From: Solirubrobacterales bacterium
GTDB lineage: Bacteria; Actinomycetota; Thermoleophilia; Solirubrobacterales; JBBDJG01
Direction of reading: 5' to 3'
Assembly (NCBI GenBank): GCA_038330145.1
Contig: JBBQNR010000001.1
Location: 10,500 to 74,499, forward strand
DNA length: 64,000 bases
The notes below the pieces were generated by a model. It had not been told where the DNA came from. It ran no database searches and saw only the letters and a list, made by a program, of their open reading frames with translations. This document shows positions 28,629 through 37,972 of the stretch, piece after piece; the first letter of the stretch is position 1; every line of letters begins with the position of its first letter. Both the position numbers and the translations under genes were made by a program.

Positions 28629-29360
28629 TCAGGCGTAGCCCATCCGTTCCAGCAACGGGATCTCGTGGATCTGCGGCGGCTGGAGGTGGTCCCAGAGCAC
28701 TCCGCGCGGCCGCTTCGCCACATGCTCGATCTCGATCGCCGCCCGAGGTGTGACGATCAGGTCGACGGGGATGTCGTGATCGGTCTTGAAGAGGGCCTCG
28801 CGCAGGATCTGGGTTGGGTGGACCGTGGTCGCGATCAGGGTCTTCTCCGAGACCTTGCGCGTCTCGGCCAGCAGCGCGTACTCGAGGTCCGAGAAGCCGC
28901 CCCCCTTGCCCACGCGCTCTCCCTCCAGGTTGACCGCGACCGACCCGGTCAGGATCAGATCCAGCTTCGGGACCTGCTCGAGGTCGATCACCCTCCCGTG
29001 CCTCAGGGCTCCCTTGATCGTCGCCGCCTCGCGCAGCTGCTTCTTGGTCAGCTTGGCCGGGTCGAGCAACCGAAAGGGGTGCTCCTCCCGCAATCGCGGG
29101 ACGGCCATTACCAGCGTCTTGCCCTGCTCCAGGGCCAGTCGCCGGGCATGGGTCTGCGGCGCGTCCGGGTTGGCCTTGATCGCCTTCGCGCGCTTCCAGG
29201 CGCCGTGCCGGGCGAGCAGCTCGGCGGCGCTCTTGGCGTCGGCGAAGTTCGGAATCCGCCCCTGGGCACCCGGGAAGCGTGAGACACCCTCGCGGTCCAT
29301 CGCCGTCCACACCGAGCGGCGGATGGCGTCCTTGGTCCTCACGCAGTCAATCCTATCCAT
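28629..29360 (-). CDS. 5-formyltetrahydrofolate cyclo-ligase family protein
   Basis: A 243-aa frame from ATG 29360 contains ...GKGGGFSDLEYALL...DIPVDLIVTP, a layout typical of the family. The remainder of track ORF 28629..29711 lies upstream of this ATG. Confidence 0.65.
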   Translation of the reverse strand: MDRIDCVRTKDAIRRSVWTAMDREGVSRFPGAQGRIPNFADAKSAAELLARHGAWKRAKAIKANPDAPQTHARRLALEQGKTLVMAVPRLREEHPFRLLDPAKLTKKQLREAATIKGALRHGRVIDLEQVPKLDLILTGSVAVNLEGERVGKGGGFSDLEYALLAETRKVSEKTLIATTVHPTQILREALFKTDHDIPVDLIVTPRAAIEIEHVAKRPRGVLWDHLQPPQIHEIPLLERMGYA

Positions 29361-29396
29361 GCTTTCGGCGAACAAACGCCCGTAGAATCGCGCGGG

Positions 29397-30530
29397 ATGG
29401 AGAAAACAAACCCGGCAACGGCCGAGCCGAGCGACGACACCCCTTCGCCCGGGCGGCGGATACTCGTCACCGGCCTGGCCACGTACTGGGGCGGTCGCCT
29501 TGCACAGGCGCTCGAGCAGGACGCGGGGGTCGAGGTCATCGTCGGGGTCGATTCGCGTGACCCGGCCTGCGAGCTGCACCGCACCGAGTTCGTTCGCGTC
29601 TCCAATCAGCACGCCCTGATCCGGCGCATCGTGCAGGCCGCGCAGATCGACACCGTCGTCGACACGCGGCTGGTTGTCGACTCCGCTACGACGGCGCCGC
29701 GGTTGGCGCACGAGAACAACGTGATCGGCACGCTCAACATCCTCGCCGCCTGTTCCGAGGCCGATTCACCCGTGCGCAAGCTCGTCTTCAAGAGTTCGGC
29801 GCACTACTACGGATCGAGCCGCGACGACCCGGCGTTCTTCACCGAGGAGATGAAGCGGGCGCACGCACCCGATACCGCGATCGAGCGTGACGTCGTCGAG
29901 GCCGAGGCCTCTGTGCTGGACTTCAGCGACAAGAGCCCGGACACGACCGTGACGGTGGTGCGCTTCTCGAACGTGCTCGGATCGGGGCTGGAGACCTCGC
30001 ACTCGCGTGTGCTCTCGCTGCCCGCGGTGCCGATGGTGCTCGGGTTCGATCCGCGCTACCAGTTCATACACGTGGACGATGTCGTCGCGGCGCTCGCCTA
30101 CGCCGTCGATAACGACCTCCCCGGCATCTACAACGGGGCGGCCGACGGAGTGCTGGCGCTGTCCGAGGTGATCGGCGTGCTCGGCAAGCGTTCGCTGCCG
30201 CTGCTGCCGCCGGTCGCGACCGGCCTTGCGACCATGCCCATGAAGAGGCTCGGCATCCCGGTCACGCCCGAGATGGTGAACCAGCTCCGCTACGGGCGTG
30301 GCCTGGACAACCGCAAGCTGAAGGCTGCCGGCTTCGCCTACGAGCACACCACGCGCGAGACGGTGCTGGCGTTTGCGGAGCACCTGCGGCTGCGGTCGGT
30401 GATGAAGGGGGTCAACGAGCCCTACCAGTACGAGAAGGAGGTCGAGGACTTCCTGCGCTGGAGCCCGAGCGTGACGCAGCGCCGGCGGCCGGGGGAGAAG
30501 CCGACCTGGGGAGCCGCCGACACGATCTGA
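29397..30530 (+). CDS. NAD-dependent epimerase/dehydratase family protein
   Basis: ILVTGLATYWGGRL Rossmann motif and an SDR-extended fold pattern (YxxxK region). Confidence 0.8.
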   Translation: MEKTNPATAEPSDDTPSPGRRILVTGLATYWGGRLAQALEQDAGVEVIVGVDSRDPACELHRTEFVRVSNQHALIRRIVQAAQIDTVVDTRLVVDSATTAPRLAHENNVIGTLNILAACSEADSPVRKLVFKSSAHYYGSSRDDPAFFTEEMKRAHAPDTAIERDVVEAEASVLDFSDKSPDTTVTVVRFSNVLGSGLETSHSRVLSLPAVPMVLGFDPRYQFIHVDDVVAALAYAVDNDLPGIYNGAADGVLALSEVIGVLGKRSLPLLPPVATGLATMPMKRLGIPVTPEMVNQLRYGRGLDNRKLKAAGFAYEHTTRETVLAFAEHLRLRSVMKGVNEPYQYEKEVEDFLRWSPSVTQRRRPGEKPTWGAADTI

Positions 30531-30623
30531 CCCTCCGCGGGTAGAGGGTTGTATGGAGTTCCGGCGAACGGGCTCGGTACTCTCTTTGCAGGGGATTTCA
30601 GTGACGATGCAACTGGAGGTTGC

Positions 30624-31664
30624 GTGCTTTCGAAGCGCCAGGCTGCGCTAGCCATCTATGGAACGGCCGCCTGCGTGGCCGTGCTGGCCGCGAGCGCGCT
30701 CGCCTACGACACCGCCCGCAACGACATGATCGCCGACGGCGTCACTGTCGCCGGGGTCGACGTCGGAGGCCTCAACCGCGGTGTTGCGGAGAAGCGGCTG
30801 AGCGAGCGGCTCTCCGGGCGCCTCGAGCGCCCCGTCAGCGTCAGGGTGGCGGGCCGCCGGATCCGGCTGACCGCAAATCGCGCCGACATGGTTGCCGACG
30901 TCAAGAGGATGGCGGACGACGCTGTCGAGGAGAGCCGCAACGGTGGCCTACCGGGACGGGTCTGGCGCGACCTCACGAGTGGCAGCGTTCGCAGGGACGT
31001 GCCGGCAAGAGTTCACTACTCGCAGCTCGCGGTACGTGGCTTTGTCAACCGCGTCGCTCGCTCGGTCGACCGCGAGCCGCGCGATGCCAAGGTGGAGTTC
31101 GCCACCGCCAGCCTTCCCGCCGTCCCGGCGCAGACGGGTCTCAAGCTTCGGTCGCGGCGCCTGCGTGGCCTGATCGAGGCCGCCATACAACGCCCGACCG
31201 GCCGGCTGGTCAGAGGCCAGGTCAAGGTTGTGCAGCCGAAGGTCACGACGGAGGATCTGTCCGGCAAGTACCAGTACGTCGTCACCGTCGACAGGCCCAA
31301 CTTCAGACTGCGCTTCTTCAAGGACCTCAAGCTGGCCAAGACCTACAAGATCGCGGTCGGGCAGGCCGGGCTCGAGACTCCGGCCGGCCTCTACCACGTG
31401 CAGGACAAGGCCGTGAACCCGTCCTGGCACGTGCCCACGAGTGCCTGGGCGGGCAAGCTGGCCGGCAAGGTCATACCCCCGGGGCCCGACAATCCGATCA
31501 AGGCGCGCTGGATGGGCATCTACGCCGGCGCCGGCATCCATGGCACCGCCGACGTCGGCTCGCTCGGCACGGCGGCCTCCCACGGCTGCATCCGGATGGC
31601 GATACCCGATGTCGAGGAGCTCTACGACAAGGTCCCCGTCCAGACCCCGGTCTTCATCCAGTAG
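30624..31664 (+). CDS. L,D-transpeptidase (YkuD domain) with N-terminal membrane anchor
   Basis: C-terminal YkuD motif: GIHGT...SHGCIRM. GTG 30624 has GGAGG 4-5 nt upstream. TTG 30549 is an alternative start. Confidence 0.85.
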   Translation: MLSKRQAALAIYGTAACVAVLAASALAYDTARNDMIADGVTVAGVDVGGLNRGVAEKRLSERLSGRLERPVSVRVAGRRIRLTANRADMVADVKRMADDAVEESRNGGLPGRVWRDLTSGSVRRDVPARVHYSQLAVRGFVNRVARSVDREPRDAKVEFATASLPAVPAQTGLKLRSRRLRGLIEAAIQRPTGRLVRGQVKVVQPKVTTEDLSGKYQYVVTVDRPNFRLRFFKDLKLAKTYKIAVGQAGLETPAGLYHVQDKAVNPSWHVPTSAWAGKLAGKVIPPGPDNPIKARWMGIYAGAGIHGTADVGSLGTAASHGCIRMAIPDVEELYDKVPVQTPVFIQ

Positions 31665-31756
31665 ATCGAGCCGAGGCCAAAGGCTCGCGGGCGCAGGCGG
31701 CGAATAGGGCTTAGTCGGCGGCCTGCGCACCGGGCGCGGCCGGCGCCACGCCCACC

Positions 31757-32734
31757 TTGGCCGCCAGTACTGAAAAAGATCCCCCCTCGAAGGCCGAGTC
31801 CCCCTCGGCCACTCCACCCGAGCTGCCGCCGGCCTGGCGCAGGGCGCTGAGCAGTTTCGACCGCTCGCTCCAGACGCACGGCATGGCGGAGCGCACGCGC
31901 CACGCCTACGGCTGCGACCTGGGCGAGTTCGCGGCCTGGGCCGCGGAGCAGCGCCTGAAGCCGGGTCAGGTGCGCTATCGCGGGCTGCGGCTCTATGCCG
32001 CCCGCCTCTCCGGCGGGGCCGCCGACGGTGGGCGCGGATTGTCGAAGCCCACGGTTGCCCGCAAGCTTGCGGCTATTCGCACGTTCTTCAGATATATGGT
32101 CGAAAGAGAAGAGTTGGACCAGAACCCCGCCGATCTCGTCTCCTCGCCGCGCAGGCCGCGCAAGCTGCCTCGCCTCATGAAACCGGACGAGGTCGCGGCG
32201 CTGCTGGACCGCATTCCCGCCCGCACGCCCCTGGAGCTGCGCGACCGCGCGCTGTTCGAGCTCGCCTACTCCTGCGGCCTTCGCTGCGAGGAGATAGTGA
32301 ACCTCGACGCCGGGTCGATGGACTTCGACGCCGAGGAGCTGCGGGTGGTCGGCAAGGGCACCAAGACGCGCATCGTCCCGGTCGGCGAGCCGGCCCAGCG
32401 TGCCCTCGAGCGCTACCTGGCCAGGGGGCGGCCCGAGCTGGCCGGCCGCAGCGACGAGCCGGCGCTGTTCGTCTCCAAAAGTGGGCGCAGGCTTTCACCC
32501 TCGGACGTGCGCCGCCGCCTCTCCTCCTGGCTGCGCAACGCGGGCCTCTCGAGCGCCGTTTCACCACACACCTTGCGCCACTCGTTCGCCACTCATCTGC
32601 TCGAAGGAGGGGCCGACCTGCGGACGATCCAGGAGCTGCTAGGCCATTCAAGCGTGTCAACCACTCAGGTCTACACTTGGGTCGAGTCGGGTAGGCTGCG
32701 CTCCCAGTACGCGCGGAGCCACCCCCGCGCGTAA
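31757..32734 (+). CDS. xerC: Tyrosine recombinase XerC/XerD
   Basis: ARKLAAIRTFFRYM N-terminal SAM-like domain, catalytic R...HTLRHSFATHLLEGGADLRTIQELLGHSSVSTTQVY. TTG start, 5' end uncertain. Confidence 0.9.
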   Translation: MAASTEKDPPSKAESPSATPPELPPAWRRALSSFDRSLQTHGMAERTRHAYGCDLGEFAAWAAEQRLKPGQVRYRGLRLYAARLSGGAADGGRGLSKPTVARKLAAIRTFFRYMVEREELDQNPADLVSSPRRPRKLPRLMKPDEVAALLDRIPARTPLELRDRALFELAYSCGLRCEEIVNLDAGSMDFDAEELRVVGKGTKTRIVPVGEPAQRALERYLARGRPELAGRSDEPALFVSKSGRRLSPSDVRRRLSSWLRNAGLSSAVSPHTLRHSFATHLLEGGADLRTIQELLGHSSVSTTQVYTWVESGRLRSQYARSHPRA

Positions 32735-32740
32735 ATTTCC

Positions 32741-33523
32741 ATGGACACCAGCATCAAGGCAACCGAGCTCCGGGAAATCTGGACGCGGTACAAGTCGAAC
32801 GGAGACGAGAAGGCAAGAGAGCGCCTTGTGCTCGCGTACTCGCCGCTCGTCAAGTTCGTCGCGGGCCGCATGTCCAGCGGCCTGCCGGCCCACATCGAAG
32901 AGTCCGATCTGATCTCGTACGGGCTGCTTGGACTGATCGGCGCGATCGAGCGCTTCGAGCCCGAGCGAGAGATCAAGTTCGAGACCTTCGCCGTCGCGCG
33001 CATCAAGGGCTCGATCATCGACGAGCTGCGCTCGCTGGACTGGGTTCCGCGCTCAGTGCGGGCCAAGGCGCGCGAGATCGAAGGGGCAAACGTCAAGCTC
33101 GAGCGAGAGCTGGGGCGGACACCGACGGACTCCGAGGTGGCCGACGCACTTGGTGTTACCAGCGACGAGTTCCAGGAGAGCCTGCTCCAGATCTCCAACT
33201 CGTCCGTCGTCGCTCTCGACGAGCTGTGGGCGGTCTCCGACGCCAGCGGCGACCAGGTGTCGCTGCTCGACACGATGAAGGACCCCAGCGCGGTGGACCC
33301 CGCCCGCGAGCTTGGCGTCAGCGAGCTGAAGGACCGGCTGGCAAACGCGATCTCACGCCTGCCAGAGCGTGAGAAGCTCGTCGTGGCCCTCTACTACTAC
33401 GAGAACCTGACGCTGCGAGAGATCGGCGAGGTGCTCGGAGTGACTGAGTCGCGCGTCTCGCAGCTTCACACCAAGGCAGTGCTGCGTCTGAAAGCACGCC
33501 TCCAGAGCGAAGACGGCGAATAG
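32741..33523 (+). CDS. whiG: RNA polymerase sigma factor, WhiG/FliA (sigma-28) family
   Basis: Closely parallels Streptomyces WhiG along its whole length (YSPLVKFVAGR, IKFETFAVARIKGSIIDELRSLDWVPRSVR, LTLREIGEVLGVTESRVSQLHTKA). Confidence 0.9.
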   Translation: MDTSIKATELREIWTRYKSNGDEKARERLVLAYSPLVKFVAGRMSSGLPAHIEESDLISYGLLGLIGAIERFEPEREIKFETFAVARIKGSIIDELRSLDWVPRSVRAKAREIEGANVKLERELGRTPTDSEVADALGVTSDEFQESLLQISNSSVVALDELWAVSDASGDQVSLLDTMKDPSAVDPARELGVSELKDRLANAISRLPEREKLVVALYYYENLTLREIGEVLGVTESRVSQLHTKAVLRLKARLQSEDGE

Positions 33524-33575
33524 ACCACGCCACTAGAATCACCCTTCCGTAAGCGTCGAGGGAAGGAGGAGGCTG

Positions 33576-35669
33576 GTGGCGCACAAAGGCGCACAGCGCA
33601 TCAGGAATGTGGCGATCGTCGGTCACCGGGGGTCGGGTAAGACCTCCCTGAACGAAGCTCTGCTGTTCGAGGCAGGCGCGATCAACAGGCTCGGCGCCGT
33701 CGCCGACGGCTCGACCGTCTCGGATTCGGAGCCCGACGAGGTCGAGCGCGAGATGTCGATCTCGGCCAGCCTCTCCTCGTTCGAGCACGACGATCGCAAG
33801 ATCAACCTGATCGACACTCCCGGCGAGCCCAGCTTCGTGGCCGACTCGCTGGCCGCTCTGAGCGTCTGCGACAGCGCCGTCTTCGCCGTCAACGGTGTGA
33901 TGGGGGTTGAGGTCACGACCGAGCGCCTCTGGGAGCGCGCGGACGAGCTGGGCCTGGCTCGCCTCTTGTTCGTCAACATGCTCGACCGCGAGCGCGCCGA
34001 CTTCTTCCGCGCCCTGGACGCGCTCAAGGACGCGTTCGGTCCCCATGTCGTCGCTACCGAGATTCCGATCGGCTCGGAGCACGAGACGCGCGGCATCGTC
34101 GACCTGATCGACATGAAGGCGTACCAGTACGACGGCGCGGGCCGCGGCAACTCGACCGAGATCGACGTTCCCGACGAGGTTCGCGGGCAGGCCGACTCCT
34201 ACCGCGAGAAGCTGATGGACGAGGTGGCTGAGAACTCCGACGAGTTGATGGAGCGCTACCTGGAGGGCGAGGAGATTTCGCACGACGAGATCGTCAACGC
34301 GCTCAAGGAAGGCGTCACGCACGGCACGATCTTCCCGGTCACCTGCGGTATCGCGACCAAGAACTTCGGCACCGACCGCCTTCTGGACGCGCTCGTCAAC
34401 GACCTGCCCTCGCCGGCCCGCAAGGGCGCGGTCATCGCTCGCAACGCCGACGGCAACGACGTCGAGATCGAGCCCGACGACAACGGTGAGGTGATCGCCT
34501 ACGTCTTCAAGACCCTGGCCGATCCCTTCGCCGGGCGCATCAACCTGTTCCGCCTCTACTCCGGTGTGCTGAAGGGCGACTCGCAGGTGACCAACGTGCG
34601 CGCCCACAGCAAGGAGCGGGTTGGACAGCTGCTGATGCATCAGGGCAAGGAAACCCAGCAGGCATCCGAGTTCGGAGCCGGCGACATCGGTGCTGTCGCG
34701 AAGCTGAAGGAGACGCACACCGGCGACGTGCTCGCGGGCAAGGACACGAAGGTCTCGTTCCCGCCGCTGCAGCTTCCGGCCGCCGTGATGGCGTTCGCAA
34801 TCGAGCCCAAGTCGAAGGGCGACGAGGAGAAGGTCTCGACGGCGCTGCGCAGGCTGCAGGACGAGGACCCGACGCTCGACTTCCATCGCGACCCGCAGAC
34901 CGGCGAGCAGATCATCGCCGGCCTCTCGCAGGTCCACGTGGAGGTGATCGTCGATCGCATGAAGCGGCGCTTCGGCGCCGAGGTGACCCTTAAGCCGCCG
35001 CGGGTTCCATACCGCGAGACGATCAAGAGCAAGGCCAAGGCCCAGGGCCGTTACAAGAAGCAGACCGGTGGCCGTGGCCAGTTCGGCGACTGCCACATCG
35101 AGCTGGAGCCGCAGCAGCACGGCGCCGGCTTCGAGTTCGTCAACCGCATCAAGGGCGGCGTGATACCGGGCAGCTTCATCCCGGCGGTCGAGAAGGGGGT
35201 GCGCGAGGCGATGCAGCTTGGAGTCGTGGCCGGCTACCCGATCCATGACGTCAAGGTCACGCTCTACGACGGCTCCTTCCACTCCGTCGACTCCTCCGAG
35301 ATGGCATTCAAGATCGCCGGCTCGATGGCGTTCAAGAAGGCAGCCGAGCAGGCGCAGCCGACGCTGCTGGAGCCGATCATGCAGGCGCGGGTGGTGGTGC
35401 CCGAGGACGGGGTCGGCGACGTGATCGGGGATCTCAACGGCCGCCGCGGCCGGCCTCTGGGCATGGAGCCGAAGGGCTCGATGACCGAGATCAAGGCTGA
35501 GGTGCCGATGGCGGAGATGCTGAGCTACGCCCCCGACCTGCGCTCGATCACCGGCGGCCGCGGCGACTACACGATGGAGTTCCTGCGCTACGAGGAGGTG
35601 CCCCAGCACCTGGCGCAGAAGGTGATCGCCTCGGCCCAGCAGGAGGAGGAAGCGGCTGCCAAGGCGTGA
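33576..35669 (+). CDS. Elongation factor G paralogue (EF-G2-like)
   Basis: GHRGSGKTS G1 motif, DTPG, and NMLD (NKxD variant), with domains II-V present. GTG start with GGAAGGAGGAGG upstream. It is not located in an str operon. Confidence 0.9.
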   Translation: MAHKGAQRIRNVAIVGHRGSGKTSLNEALLFEAGAINRLGAVADGSTVSDSEPDEVEREMSISASLSSFEHDDRKINLIDTPGEPSFVADSLAALSVCDSAVFAVNGVMGVEVTTERLWERADELGLARLLFVNMLDRERADFFRALDALKDAFGPHVVATEIPIGSEHETRGIVDLIDMKAYQYDGAGRGNSTEIDVPDEVRGQADSYREKLMDEVAENSDELMERYLEGEEISHDEIVNALKEGVTHGTIFPVTCGIATKNFGTDRLLDALVNDLPSPARKGAVIARNADGNDVEIEPDDNGEVIAYVFKTLADPFAGRINLFRLYSGVLKGDSQVTNVRAHSKERVGQLLMHQGKETQQASEFGAGDIGAVAKLKETHTGDVLAGKDTKVSFPPLQLPAAVMAFAIEPKSKGDEEKVSTALRRLQDEDPTLDFHRDPQTGEQIIAGLSQVHVEVIVDRMKRRFGAEVTLKPPRVPYRETIKSKAKAQGRYKKQTGGRGQFGDCHIELEPQQHGAGFEFVNRIKGGVIPGSFIPAVEKGVREAMQLGVVAGYPIHDVKVTLYDGSFHSVDSSEMAFKIAGSMAFKKAAEQAQPTLLEPIMQARVVVPEDGVGDVIGDLNGRRGRPLGMEPKGSMTEIKAEVPMAEMLSYAPDLRSITGGRGDYTMEFLRYEEVPQHLAQKVIASAQQEEEAAAKA

Positions 35670-35688
35670 CGCCGCTGCCGCGCCCGTC

Positions 35689-36453
35689 GTGAACGAGGAG
35701 AGCAGGCAGCTGAAGGGAATCGACGAGCACCTCGTCTGCGACGTCTGTGGGCGCACGATGCTGAAGGGCGAGCGCCCTGAGATCTACCTGGCGCCGTCGC
35801 GGGAGCGGAAGCTGGTCTGTTCGCTCTGCGCCACGCGCGCGCAGAAGGAGGGCTGGATCAGGGAAGCCGCCGGCCCCGACACTCCGGTGCAACCGCCGCG
35901 CCCCAGCGATCGCCGGCGCCTGTTCAGGCGCAGGCGGGCCAGGCCCGACGAGCCGGTCGCACCGGCGCTCGAGGACGGGGCCGGCTTTTCCTCAGAGGTA
36001 CAGGCCGACGCCGACGACGCCGACCGGTCGCAAGATCGCGGGCGGCTGGGCGAGCGCGCGACGCGCCCTCGCTCGCCGCGGCAGGTCAGGGCCGTTCCCA
36101 CCAACGCGCAGCTCAAGATCGAGCGGGCGGTGGAGCTCTTCAACGACTCCGAGCACCGCCGCACCGTTGCCGGCATAGCGCGCACGCTCGGGTCTCCGCA
36201 GGTGAGCGCGTGCACCTCCAGCGTCTCGGCCGCGAGGGTGCTGCTGACCGTGGCCTGGGAGCTGTCGTGGTACCAGTTCGCGATCGACCTTTCCGACACC
36301 AGGGAGCCGGTTCGCCTGCACGGTCGGGGGCACGAGCTGACCGAGCTGCCCTCGAAGGTGAGGAGATGGAATGCCCACGCGGCCGACGACGGCAGGATCG
36401 AGGTCGAGGCCGTGGAAAGTTTGGATGGCGAACCCCCGGAGGAGGGCCTATAG
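35689..36453 (+). CDS. Hypothetical protein with N-terminal zinc-ribbon (CDVC...CSLC)
   Basis: A 254-aa GTG-initiated frame with high GC3. No family recognised. Confidence 0.55.
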   Translation: MNEESRQLKGIDEHLVCDVCGRTMLKGERPEIYLAPSRERKLVCSLCATRAQKEGWIREAAGPDTPVQPPRPSDRRRLFRRRRARPDEPVAPALEDGAGFSSEVQADADDADRSQDRGRLGERATRPRSPRQVRAVPTNAQLKIERAVELFNDSEHRRTVAGIARTLGSPQVSACTSSVSAARVLLTVAWELSWYQFAIDLSDTREPVRLHGRGHELTELPSKVRRWNAHAADDGRIEVEAVESLDGEPPEEGL

Positions 36454-36521
36454 TGGCGGTCCGGCTCTGGGTGGCTGCTTCAGCCGGTCTGTTGTTCTTT
36501 TAGCCTGTTTGGGTTGGTGAG

Positions 36522-36734
36522 ATGATCTACTGCGTAATACCGAAAGCGCTCTCCAGCGAGCTGTTCGACAAGCTGCGGGAGTACTACAGCAACGATCCCA
36601 ACGTGGAGGTCATCATCGACCGCCGCGAGGCGAGCCGGCGCAGCCGCGGCAGCACGGGTGGGGGCAAGCGCGAGCTGCGCGATCGCCGTCGCCGCCGGGC
36701 GCAGGGCAGCTTCCTCAAGATCGACGCCGCCTAG
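36522..36734 (+). CDS. Small hypothetical protein (70 aa) with an Arg-rich tail
   Basis: MIYCVIPKALSSELFDKLREYYSNDPNVEVIIDRRE followed by an R/G-rich tail. High GC3 after an AT-rich leader. Confidence 0.5.
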   Translation: MIYCVIPKALSSELFDKLREYYSNDPNVEVIIDRREASRRSRGSTGGGKRELRDRRRRRAQGSFLKIDAA

Positions 36735-36897
36735 TGGCCCTTCTCAAAACGTTTCACCGGGAACGGCGGCCTCCGGGGCCGCCATGCGGCGTCCTCGGTC
36801 GACCCTGCACTGACCAGTACAGGGTCTCCCTGCGTCCTTGCCTGGCGGCCCCGGGCGCCTCGCCGTTCCCCGGCGAACGTTCCGAGAAGGCCCACTA
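36730..36897. repeat. Copy B of the structured element, extended by ~38-bp terminal inverted repeats
   Basis: The core 36760-36875 is homologous to 20056-20176. The outer arms ctagtggcccttctcaaaacgtttcaccgggaacggcg / cgccgttccccggcgaacgttccgagaaggcccactag pair almost end to end. The element fills the gap between the small ORF and the RNase HI gene. Confidence 0.7.
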
Positions 36898-36904
36898 GCC
36901 CCGC

Positions 36905-37330
36905 TTGGGCGGCCACGACCGCGTCGTCGTCTACGTCGACGGCGGTGCTCGCCGCAATCCGGGGCCGTCCGGCGTCGGGGTGGTGATCACGGACCCCGAC
37001 GGCACCGAGCTGGCGCGGGCCAACGATTACATCGGCGTCGCCACCAACAACGCCGCCGAGTACCGGGCGCTGCTGCTCGGGCTGGAGCGGGCGCGGAAGC
37101 TGGGCGCGCGCGAGGTCGAGGTCGTCAACGACTCCCAGCTGGTGGCGCGCCAGGTCACGGGCCAGTACCGGGTCAAGAGCGCCGACCTGCGCCCCCTGTT
37201 CGAACAGGCGCGAGAGGCGCTGGGCGAATTCGAGCGCTGGACGGTTCGCTCGGTTCCGCGCGAGCAGAACGAGCTCGCCGACGGGCTGGTCAACGAGGCC
37301 ATCGACGCGGGAGCCAGCACCACGGATTGA
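36905..37330 (+). CDS. rnhA: Ribonuclease HI family protein
   Basis: VYVDGGARRNPGPSGVGVVI...NNAAEYRALLLGLERA...VVNDSQLV...NELADGLVNEA contains the DEDD core residues. TTG start. Confidence 0.85.
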   Translation: MGGHDRVVVYVDGGARRNPGPSGVGVVITDPDGTELARANDYIGVATNNAAEYRALLLGLERARKLGAREVEVVNDSQLVARQVTGQYRVKSADLRPLFEQAREALGEFERWTVRSVPREQNELADGLVNEAIDAGASTTD

Positions 37331-37462
37331 AGGACCGGCGGAAGGGCGAACAGGAGTCGCCGCGGACCAAGCTCACCCCCGGTTGCAGGCACTCCCCTAA
37401 ACTTGAGGTCGGGGGAGAAGCGGCCGACGCCGTTTTCCTCCCTTTTTGTTGCGCATCGACTC

Positions 37463-37942
37463 ATGCCTCGTAACGATCCAAGCTCGACAGGCGGACTCTT
37501 CATCGGCCGGCGGCCGGGGACGGCGCCGATGCGCTATCGCGACCGAAAGCCGAGCGATGCCCCGCCGTCGCGGCGCAAGATGGACAGCATCCTCGCCGCC
37601 GCGATCCTGGTGCTCGAGACCCTGGTGCTGGCGACGATGTGGGGCCCCCAGCCGGCCGGGTGGCTCTGGGTCGGCTCACAGATCGATTACCAGACCGGCA
37701 ACGTGGCGCTCGGCCTTCTGGCGGCCTTCGCCGGCATGGTGACGACGATCATGCTCACCCTCAGCATCGCGATGCGCCTGGACCGCGCCTGGAAGCTCGT
37801 CCGCCGCGCGGCAGGCCACGACCAGAAGGACGGCGCACTCGAGCGCATCTTCGTCGTCAGCATGGTTATCGGAGGCACCCTTTTCGCCGGCTGGCTGCTC
37901 GTGATCGAGGGACCGGGACCGTCGTTCTCCCCGAGCCAGTAG
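37463..37942 (+). CDS. Hypothetical membrane protein (3-4 TM segments)
   Basis: Hydrophobic segments ILAAAILVLETLVLATMW, VALGLLAAFAGMVTTIMLTLSIAM and IFVVSMVIGGTLFAGWLLVI. Start uncertain (ATG 37463 or 37523). Confidence 0.55.
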   Translation: MPRNDPSSTGGLFIGRRPGTAPMRYRDRKPSDAPPSRRKMDSILAAAILVLETLVLATMWGPQPAGWLWVGSQIDYQTGNVALGLLAAFAGMVTTIMLTLSIAMRLDRAWKLVRRAAGHDQKDGALERIFVVSMVIGGTLFAGWLLVIEGPGPSFSPSQ

Positions 37943-37972
37943 GAAGCTGCCCGAACGGGTAGCGAGGAAGCG

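Noticed and set aside
33318-35756. 812-aa ORF on the minus strand
   Set aside because: It lies exactly antisense to the EF-G paralogue. The product is low-complexity and R/A/G/L-rich with no motifs. This is a typical stop-codon-poor shadow frame in ~70% GC DNA.
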